The notes under the pieces: model-generated
What the model saw: only the letters and a program-made list of their open reading frames with translations
What the model was told of the DNA's origin: nothing
Databases searched by the model: none
Program-made: the position numbers and the translations under genes
Source of the DNA: Tetramitus jugosus
Lineage: Eukaryota; Protista; Heterolobosea
DNA: 64,000 nucleotides
NCBI GenBank assembly: GCA_937625935.1
Contig: OW569369.1
Span: 372,001 to 436,000 of the forward strand
Reading direction: 5' to 3'
Shown: piece by piece, positions 23,711 through 31,581 of the stretch
Position numbering within the stretch: position 1 is the stretch's first letter
Layout of the letters: each line of letters begins with the position of its first letter

Positions 23711-25249
23711 ATGGCATCAACAGCAACACCACTTTTAGATGTTCTTTTCAAGGAGGGACTGTTCCATCCTGATCTCCCACCATGCTTTGTAAATCACTTT
23801 AATAGATCAACGATGCCAAACGAAGCACCGGTTGAGCCAGTTTCTATCTCTACGATGACAAGGGGTGTTCCCCATTCATTGACTATTGTCCATCCCAAGC
23901 TTCATGGTAACCTGTGTGAAGTGCTTGTGCGACACAAAACTGAAATTGTTCAGCATTTGAAAGATGCATACCCAAAAAAGGAGTTTGTCTCACTTGCTGC
24001 GATCAGTATAATCAATGCATTTGAAAACAATGTTGTTGATCAAAGTTCGCGTAGAGTTTTCATTGAAAGCAATCTAATGGAATATCGAAAATTGCATGGT
24101 TTGTATGGAAAAATACTTCTAAAGGGCACAATCTCAGATCTATATGGATCCATATACACTCATACGATTGCCTGGGCAGCTCATACAAAACCTGTAGCAA
24201 AAAAAGATCAGTCTGATGCGCTTTGGGGTAATGTGATTGACAAGGCAGTAAATTCCACATGTTACAGAGAAACCCATTCAATACCGTTTGGAACCCCAAC
24301 ATCCATTGTTATCTCAGAAATCATTCTCTCTGCTGTCGATAAACAACTACAGGAAGACCTGAAAGGCAACATTCACGGATTTAGAAATGGCGATTTCTAT
24401 GAAATTGTTGTTAGGTCTCGTGAGGAAGCATATATGATTGAAGGAAGGCTCCGTAGTGTATTGAATCTCTATAAGCTCAGAATGAATGTAGATATTCTTG
24501 AGCTTCCTCGTCCTGTTAGACCTCTGTCTCATCAAAAATATGTGGAGATTATCTCGCCTCTCGCTCAGAAAGCATTTGGAGATGATAATGAGGAGTACAT
24601 GGTCGACTTGTTTGACTCTATTCTCTCTGTGTCACAAATGTTTCCTAGAGAACATATAGTGTCATATGTTCTACGCAAATGGGAGAACCATATACCAGAC
24701 TGGATTGACACTTCATTTGAACTTCTCCTTCAGCTTCTAATCCAAGAGCCACCATCAATCAGAATTCTTTCAAAATACTTGCTACCTACCTTGATTCCTC
24801 CAAAGCAGAAGTTGTTACAAGAAGCGCTGGAAACGTTTATCATAAACGCCCTCAATGAGCTTTCACTCAATAATATTGCCTGGGCGTTATACGTTCATCT
24901 GATGGCAAAGGTATCAATTAATATGAAGCTCAAGCAATTGGACGGCTTGGACAATTCGATAATTAGCATTCTTCTGATAGAGTTGATTAATGAGAACCTA
25001 GTAACATCGGATGACAAACAAGAAATTGAGACGAAGGCAAGTGATGATTGGTTATTGTGTTACTTCAAGGGCAACAAAACAAGAGCCAAAGTATTCCGTA
25101 AGCCACAAAAGTCACAAGCAGCTATACCTGTTCGAACATCAGATCCATCAAATATACCCACACTAGATGAAAGGGTCGACAATGTGGAGAACAGGTTAAA
25201 GCAGCTAGAGAAGAAATCATCAAAATCATCGTCTGTTGATGATGTTTAA
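23711..25249 (+). CDS. Prokaryotic UG/Abi-type (AbiK/DRT4-like) reverse transcriptase homologue with substituted catalytic residues, 512 aa
   Basis: GLFHPDLPPCF, VPHSLTIVHP, ISDLYGSIYTHTIAWAAH, GNVIDK, ETHSIPFGTPTSIVISEIILSAVD, FRNGDFY (in place of RYxDDY), helical C-terminus with IAWAL and WLLCY. Intact and intronless. Confidence 0.85.
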   Translation: MASTATPLLDVLFKEGLFHPDLPPCFVNHFNRSTMPNEAPVEPVSISTMTRGVPHSLTIVHPKLHGNLCEVLVRHKTEIVQHLKDAYPKKEFVSLAAISIINAFENNVVDQSSRRVFIESNLMEYRKLHGLYGKILLKGTISDLYGSIYTHTIAWAAHTKPVAKKDQSDALWGNVIDKAVNSTCYRETHSIPFGTPTSIVISEIILSAVDKQLQEDLKGNIHGFRNGDFYEIVVRSREEAYMIEGRLRSVLNLYKLRMNVDILELPRPVRPLSHQKYVEIISPLAQKAFGDDNEEYMVDLFDSILSVSQMFPREHIVSYVLRKWENHIPDWIDTSFELLLQLLIQEPPSIRILSKYLLPTLIPPKQKLLQEALETFIINALNELSLNNIAWALYVHLMAKVSINMKLKQLDGLDNSIISILLIELINENLVTSDDKQEIETKASDDWLLCYFKGNKTRAKVFRKPQKSQAAIPVRTSDPSNIPTLDERVDNVENRLKQLEKKSSKSSSVDDV

Positions 25250-26584
25250 TTAATCATTCTCATCAGACATGTTATTCTTGATTGCAGGATCTTTCAGATT
25301 TTGAGCATCTTCCATATTCAAATGGAGATTATTGTCAATCAAATCAATAAAGTTTAGAACGACCCTACAAGATTGCGGCCTGTTTTCTTCCTTGAGCTCC
25401 GTACACCAATTGTATAGTACTTGGAACACTGGTGGTATGTTGCTACAATCGTGAGACTTATGTTTTCCACTTTTGATTCTGCATCTGATCTTGCTTTGAG
25501 AAGAAGTCGAAAAGTTCGAGTATGGATCCTCTCCGGTTATCAGCCAAGCAACCATGACTCCTAAAGAATAAATATCCGATCTTTTCGAGTAGAGTGGCTC
25601 CTCACCATCCTCCCAAGCCTCGGCGATCTCAGGGGCTAAATATCTGACAGTTCCACAGGCCCGAGATTGAACATAAGCAGTAGATTTATGTGTGGCGTGG
25701 TATTGAGTACTGGCTTCCCTAAGTGTTGTCAATCCAAAGTCAGCAAGATAGACTTGCTCAATACCAGATTCAAGTCCTATAAGAAAGTTGTCTGGTTTAA
25801 TATCTCGATGAAGCAATCCTTTGGGAAAATCTAAAGTACGAAGTTCATGAATGTAGTCTACACACTCAAAACATCTCTTTATGATTGCTAGTGGATTCGT
25901 GACCTGTTTCACCTTATAATTTACGTACTCACATAAATCACCCTTCTCATAATACCTCATTACGATATCAAAGAATGTCTTATCTTCTGTTACATATGAT
26001 GCTAAATAACGGGTACAATAGTGTGCATCTAGGTTCTTTGTTATACCTATCTCTTGAAGAATAGCAGCAAGACTGCCGGAAACAATATTGTGACGGAATC
26101 TTTTCACAGCTACAGTTTGACCATTCACCTTTGCTTTGTAAACAGCAACACCAGCGCTTTCAGTAGAAAGCGTTCGCGAAATTTTCACATCTTTTTCAGA
26201 TATCTCGCCCGATGGCTCAAGCTGCCCATCGTTCAATAGAAGGTGTTGCTTGAGAATCAATTGACATTGATGGCTAAACTTATTCATTGGCCACTCTAGA
26301 AGGCGCATCTGTGGCTTCACATAATCATGTCTTTCCAATATCTTCAATAGAATGGATGTTGACAGGCTGACCTGTGAAGCATAATTACAGAGAAAAAACG
26401 GAGTGAAACCCACACGCCCAAAAGCACCAAAGTATTCACCATTATTAACCAGAGCATCCATAATCCGGGCCACTTGATCGTTGTTGAGAACTGGACGTAT
26501 CTGGCTCAAATTCGCCATTGCTGTGTTGGCCTCCTCGTAACACGACGCATTACACAACGCCAAAACAAGTGTTTCATCAGCCAT
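25250..26584 (-). CDS. Protein kinase (ePK fold) with ~130-aa N-terminal helical domain, 444 aa
   Basis: VAVK, QEI, HRDIKPDN, DFG, GTVRYLAPE and SDIYSLG all intact; Gly-rich loop degenerate. ATG at 26584 is preceded by the host-type leader aaaaaaacaaaaacaacactc. Confidence 0.92.
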   Translation of the reverse strand: MADETLVLALCNASCYEEANTAMANLSQIRPVLNNDQVARIMDALVNNGEYFGAFGRVGFTPFFLCNYASQVSLSTSILLKILERHDYVKPQMRLLEWPMNKFSHQCQLILKQHLLLNDGQLEPSGEISEKDVKISRTLSTESAGVAVYKAKVNGQTVAVKRFRHNIVSGSLAAILQEIGITKNLDAHYCTRYLASYVTEDKTFFDIVMRYYEKGDLCEYVNYKVKQVTNPLAIIKRCFECVDYIHELRTLDFPKGLLHRDIKPDNFLIGLESGIEQVYLADFGLTTLREASTQYHATHKSTAYVQSRACGTVRYLAPEIAEAWEDGEEPLYSKRSDIYSLGVMVAWLITGEDPYSNFSTSSQSKIRCRIKSGKHKSHDCSNIPPVFQVLYNWCTELKEENRPQSCRVVLNFIDLIDNNLHLNMEDAQNLKDPAIKNNMSDEND

Positions 26585-26636
26585 GAGTGTTGTTTTTGTT
26601 TTTTTTGAAGAACCTGCAACGGATTTTTTGGAACAC

Positions 26637-27413
26637 CAACCGAAATGATTGCACTTCCACATCTCACCCATCGTCCTCAGCAACGTCTACTACGGATCAC
26701 TGTTGTTTTGCTCCTGGTGTTCCTATTGACATCATTTTCTTCATTCAAGCAAACATCATCATTGTTGCTTCCACGAATTGACAAGTGTCCAATTCAACAT
26801 GAACAATCTTTCCAACAACAACAACAACAACATCAATATTGCTCTCAATCACCATTCAAATCAAAATTTAATGTCAACCACAGTTTTAATGATCATTCTG
26901 TTGTTGTTGTTGAAACAACAAAATTTGATCAATTCAAACAACAACAGCAACTAAAGCAACAACGACATGAAGACGATCATCATCATCATCCAACGAGGAG
27001 ATTCTCCTTTCCCATTTTTCATCATCAACGATATCATTATTATCATAACCAGTGTCCCTATATTGTCAATCGTCAGAGTCATCATTATCACCATATCACG
27101 AATACGAATGATAATAATAGCAAGAGGATGGATCGAAAAACCAAGACATTGGACTCATGGAATCAATCATCTAAGGCGCGTATCAATCATCATGATGTAG
27201 CATCGCCATCACTATTGTCATCACCGTCACCGTCATCCTTGTTAGTGTTGGATGATTTGATGAATGATCATGTCATGTCTTCTGGGGACAATATAACGAA
27301 CGACAACAACAAGAAGAAGAAGCAGAAGAAGAAGACGATTAAGAATGATGCGACGACTACTGCCGAGGAAGCGAACATGAGCCGTGTTGTTGATCAAGAG
27401 AGTGGAACTACTT
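26637..27413 (+). repeat. Direct repeat copy 2 (5' end of the full-length SUN gene)
   Basis: Matches 16012-16771. Confidence 0.95.
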
Positions 27414-29245
27414 GTGCGACAACATTGATTCATGATGAACAACAGGGTCGTCAGAATGATGGTGATGGTCTGAATGACATTTTGTCATCATCAACAACAA
27501 AGACAACAACGAAACAACAGAGACAAGTACCACTGCCACTCTTTAGAGAAAAGCAACCATTGTCGTCTCCGTCTACACCGGAAAAATCAGCGACTGCACC
27601 TGCAACAGCAACGACAACTGCTTCTTACGACGCTGAAAAGAAAAAGTTTAATTTTGCAGCGTACGATGTGGGAGCAAAGGTGTTGAGTACGAATCCTGAA
27701 GCCAAGAAGGCATCTCGCATCCTGAACGAAGACAAGGACAATTATATGCTCATACCGCGACACGTGGACAAAAAGTATATTACGATTGAGTTGTCCGAGG
27801 AGATTTTGATGAATAGTTTTGCGTTGGCAAATTTTGAGTACTATAGTAGCTCTCCTCACTTGTTTCAAGTGTTGGGATCGAGAGAGTATCCGTGCAGAGC
27901 GCCCAAGTGTTACTGGGAGGTGTTGGGCACATTTGAAGCACAGAATACGAGATCTGTTCAAAAGTTTATGCTTCAGAAGCCGTTTGTGGCACGCTATGTG
28001 AAATTTCTGTTTTTGACACAGTATGGAGAGACAGAGTACTTTTGGACGCTGACTCTCATACGGGTTCATGGATCCACACTGTTGGAAGATTTGAGAGATG
28101 CTTTGTATGCGTCAGAGAATTCTGCGGCCAGTGTTGGTGAATCTACTGCTGGTGCGAGTACTACTGTTGCTTCGTTGTCTGATCCCTCGAATCATAGTGC
28201 CACCTCTAGAGTCGGCAGTACACCATTCAGTAGCAACCAGCAAAGCGGATTGAGTAGTATTTCTGGTCAGTTGGATGCAATGATATTGGATATTGAAGCC
28301 AGTTCTGTTCCAATTGATGCACGAATGAATAGTGCAAGTGGTCGTAATACCATTGTCAACTCAGATGTTGCTACTGAAGATGATGATATGACTGTTTCTC
28401 GAGTTGATGGCGAGTCGGATGATGAGGGAGCTGCACCTAGTGTTCACAAGGAGCGCAGTGACAGTCCAGAGTCCAGTGACAACATCTTAAAGTCCCTGTT
28501 AATCAAGATTCAGAGGCAGGAAGAGTCACACAAAACACTTGCTGCTGATATTCAAAAGATTCACAGCAAGTACATTCGTACGTTTCGAGATATTCAAAGA
28601 ATATTGAACAATACGTCCTACGAGCACAATATGCTAGCATCAGCAGTCTATTCGATGGCAAATGAGTTGAAGAATGAGATTATTATTGAGGTGCGCAAAG
28701 GTTACATGAAGGAGATTCACAACCTTCGTGTAATGAATGAGCACAGAATGCAACTTATGCTGCACAACCTGACGGAAGCTATTCATGGTCTTCGAACAGA
28801 CACATCTCAATCAGTGAACAGTTACAAGAAGTTTATGATTATTTGCATGAGTGTACCATTAATTCTCATGGTGTTTGTCCTCTTGCTATGTATCCCATCA
28901 TCGCAGGTTGCAATCATCAAGCAGCCAGATGTCATTAGAAAATTATCGTCGTCGAACAATAGTAGTACTGAAATTGCAAAGAGCACTCCTTCGAAGAAGA
29001 GCTCTAGAACGCGAACAATAGAAGAGCTAGAGAATGATTCCGATATAGAGAGTGATACAATCAACAAACCTGTTTTTATCAATTCAATCCAACAAGAAGA
29101 TAAGCGAGAGAGGTCATCGAGTTTTGCGGCAGAGAGCGCAGCAAAGACAAACAACCCGGTTTCACTTCTTAAGCACATGTACAAGTATTTTACGGAGCCT
29201 CAATCAGAGTCCAGCGTGACAAGGTCACCTTCTAGAGTGCGATAG
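26645..29245 (+). CDS. SLP1: Mid-SUN domain ER membrane protein (SLP1/SUCO family)
   Basis: Signal peptide; FNFAAYDVGAKVLSTNPEAKKASRILNEDKDNYML, IELSEEI, ANFEYYSS, RYVKF, LIRVHG; coiled coil; C-terminal TM. Confidence 0.9.
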   Translation: MIALPHLTHRPQQRLLRITVVLLLVFLLTSFSSFKQTSSLLLPRIDKCPIQHEQSFQQQQQQHQYCSQSPFKSKFNVNHSFNDHSVVVVETTKFDQFKQQQQLKQQRHEDDHHHHPTRRFSFPIFHHQRYHYYHNQCPYIVNRQSHHYHHITNTNDNNSKRMDRKTKTLDSWNQSSKARINHHDVASPSLLSSPSPSSLLVLDDLMNDHVMSSGDNITNDNNKKKKQKKKTIKNDATTTAEEANMSRVVDQESGTTCATTLIHDEQQGRQNDGDGLNDILSSSTTKTTTKQQRQVPLPLFREKQPLSSPSTPEKSATAPATATTTASYDAEKKKFNFAAYDVGAKVLSTNPEAKKASRILNEDKDNYMLIPRHVDKKYITIELSEEILMNSFALANFEYYSSSPHLFQVLGSREYPCRAPKCYWEVLGTFEAQNTRSVQKFMLQKPFVARYVKFLFLTQYGETEYFWTLTLIRVHGSTLLEDLRDALYASENSAASVGESTAGASTTVASLSDPSNHSATSRVGSTPFSSNQQSGLSSISGQLDAMILDIEASSVPIDARMNSASGRNTIVNSDVATEDDDMTVSRVDGESDDEGAAPSVHKERSDSPESSDNILKSLLIKIQRQEESHKTLAADIQKIHSKYIRTFRDIQRILNNTSYEHNMLASAVYSMANELKNEIIIEVRKGYMKEIHNLRVMNEHRMQLMLHNLTEAIHGLRTDTSQSVNSYKKFMIICMSVPLILMVFVLLLCIPSSQVAIIKQPDVIRKLSSSNNSSTEIAKSTPSKKSSRTRTIEELENDSDIESDTINKPVFINSIQQEDKRERSSSFAAESAAKTNNPVSLLKHMYKYFTEPQSESSVTRSPSRVR

Positions 29246-29453
29246 TGTTGTTCAATATTCTCTCGAGTTCATTCTCTAATATTTGATTCTGCTCTCTCAA
29301 GGCCAAATTTCGATCTTCGAGAGCGTTCAGTCGCTGCTCTACGTTTCCCAAACTGTTTTTCACTTGCATCAAGCTCTTCAAGAGCTGTTCGTGTTCCTTG
29401 CCCTGTTCGGCCGAGACTGGCTTTTCTGGTGTTGGTTGTTTGGTTCTTTTCAT
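29232..29453 (-). CDS. Short coiled-coil protein (SCOC/Slo1-like)
   Basis: 73 aa; LLKSLMQVKNSLGNVEQRLNALEDRNLALREQNQIL resembles the SCOC coiled coil. Confidence 0.6.
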   Translation of the reverse strand: MKRTKQPTPEKPVSAEQGKEHEQLLKSLMQVKNSLGNVEQRLNALEDRNLALREQNQILENELERILNNTIAL

Positions 29454-29502
29454 TTGTTTGCTCGGTTCATCAACACAGTAAAAACGGAATATTTTTATTG
29501 AC

Positions 29503-31437
29503 TTACATGCTCCATTCATCTTCGTTGTCTTCCGAGGACGAGTCAGAATCCGAGTCGTCTCCAATGTTTGCAAACTTCTTTTCGAGTCCTGCTTGCAATA
29601 TGCTGGCGACATCCATTGGTCCTACAGATTGTTTCGGAGGATTTGGTTTATCAGCTAGTTTTCGATCAGAAGCTCTTTTGAGCGTTATCCCTTTCTTGAT
29701 ACTGTCGAACAAGACACTTCTGGAGTCGCTTGGTGCTGAGACCTTTTGTTTCTTCACTTCGTCCAAGTCCACTTTCTTCAGCATGGCACCTGACCGGATT
29801 TGAGAAAGTAGATCACCAATGTTAGAACTTGTTGAAATAGGGCTCTGTTGTGCACTTGTAGAGTTGTTACTTCTCATAGTTTGAGGAAGAGAGCAAGGGG
29901 GAGGTGGTAGAGGTGGCCCACTCATCATAGGAGGAGGTGGAGGAGGTCCACTACTCATCATTGGAGGTGGCAGAGAAGAATTGACCAACCCAAGGAGTGG
30001 TGGTGGCGGAGGTGGGGATGTCACAGTAGATTGTTGGGTTGTTAGTACAGGGAGATAAGGTGCAACTGAGATGCCTAATTCAGGTAAAGGAGGTGGTGGG
30101 GGAATTGTACTAACAGAAACTGGTGGAGAATGTGTCGCAGAATTGAAAGTGTTGTCCATTTCATCGCAATTGTCTTTCTTTGCCCTTTGAGGAATTGCCG
30201 GAAGAGCTTTAGGTTCGTGGAACTTGGGATACGATGCCTTCTCTTCTGTAAATGGTGGGTATGTTTCTTCCTCTTCCAAATTCAAGGGTTGTTCTACCGA
30301 GGAAATTGGTTCTTGAACGACACTCGATTTCGCATACAAATCGAAATCTTCTGGCTTTTCCCAAACACTTTCTCCTGTTAGATTGTTCCAATAGTAATAA
30401 AGTCCAGTATTATCGTCAAATACTTCTTCCCATTCATAAATTTGATAATGGTGTTCTTGCTCAATCTCTTGCTCTATCATAGCTATTGGTTCATCTTCGA
30501 ATTGATCAACAACTGCTTCAGGTATGAGGATTTCTTCAACATTTGGGTTCATTAAAGTGTTGTTGACGATAGTATTAGGTGATACTGTATCATGCTTCTC
30601 TTCTTCAACTGTTGAAAGAGGAGCATCTGAGGATAATGTCAATAGCCCTGTTGCCAATTGCAGATCAATGCTCATTCCAGTTGTCATGGAGTTTCTATTG
30701 CATTGAACTTGGCTCACCTGTCGGGTTTTCTTGCCTTCCTCTACTTTTAAAGCAAGTCTAGCAGCTCTTCTCATTGCCCTCTTTCTCTTCTCTCCCTTCG
30801 CCTTCTCTCGTGCTTCCTTCTTTGTAGTTTCAAGCCAGAGAGTGTAAATATGATAGGGATTGGAGCGAAGGAGAGAGTATGACGATAATTGTTCGTTCAG
30901 CTCTTCTACCATGAATTCAGAATACTCATCTAGGGAACTTAAGTTGCTATCATCACACCGATCGTACATTTCTCTCATACTTTGAGGAATGCTATTCTTG
31001 TTGAAAAGAAAACTTGATGATGGAAAGATAACTCTCTTGCAAGATACGCTTTGTTCAACTATTACAAAACACACCGAACTTGAGCAAAAAGGTTTTCAAA
31101 CATCATGAATTTCAATAACCTCCTTACCTCCTGAGAGCAAAACATCTTGTTGCTTTCGTTGCATGTCCAACAACATGGGTTTAGCACGGTTCATTCTTTG
31201 TCGAACAGAATTGATCCTATCCGAGATACTATCAGTTTCCTCCAAAATAGAGGAGAATAAATCTTGAGATGCCTTCGAGAGCACTTTCAATGATTGCCAG
31301 ATTCCGGCATAAGTTGTGAGCATGGAGGTCATCATAATCGTGTCCGAGTCTACATTCTGATCTAATTTAGTGAAGAATTGAGCTTTGGTTTGACCCGAAC
31401 TGTAATAGTTGGTGATTGTGTGTTGGCTAATTGTCAT
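29503..31437 (-). CDS. SCAR/WAVE-family Arp2/3 activator with internal WW domain; 2 exons 31437-31128, 31058-29503
   Basis: WHD (GIWQSLKVLSKASQDLF, IPQSMREMYDRC, SNP...LW), basic region, WW (WEEVFDDNTGLYYYWNNLTGESVWEKP), polyPro, two WH2 motifs (LLSQIRSGAMLKKV; LFDSIKKGITLKR), DVASIL central region, acidic DEW end. Confidence 0.88.
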
Positions 31438-31581
31438 TTGTTGGAGTGCGTAGATTCTACAGATGAGCTCGCACTTTGGCGCCAAAAAGAAGCTTACGAT
31501 TCTTCGGGTTACTCCTTTTTGCTGATCAAACACGAGAATCATTTCATTTTCTTCTCTCAGAAATCAACAGTTTGGAAAAGA

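Larger units (their letters stand above)
16772..26636. other. Accessory island (~9.9 kb) between the two SUN 5' copies
   Basis: Bracketed by the direct repeat. Lacks the microsatellite-rich style of the flanking genes. Contains multiple decayed TE fragments plus two intact genes. Confidence 0.75.

Noticed and set aside
23711-25249. Retron, group II intron, LINE or telomerase RT; or bacterial contamination
   Set aside because: Motifs fit UG/Abi RTs instead. No msr/msd-like or intron structure was evident upstream. There is no SD sequence and the gene is contiguous with intron-bearing genes, though assembly chimerism still needs read-level exclusion.
26570-26584. MADE start of the kinase as a plant NLR MADA motif
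   Set aside because: Only 3-4 residues match; not distinguishable from chance.
16772-26636. Endogenous giant virus, Polinton or virophage
   Set aside because: No capsid, packaging ATPase, PolB, integrase or primase-helicase motifs were recognised.
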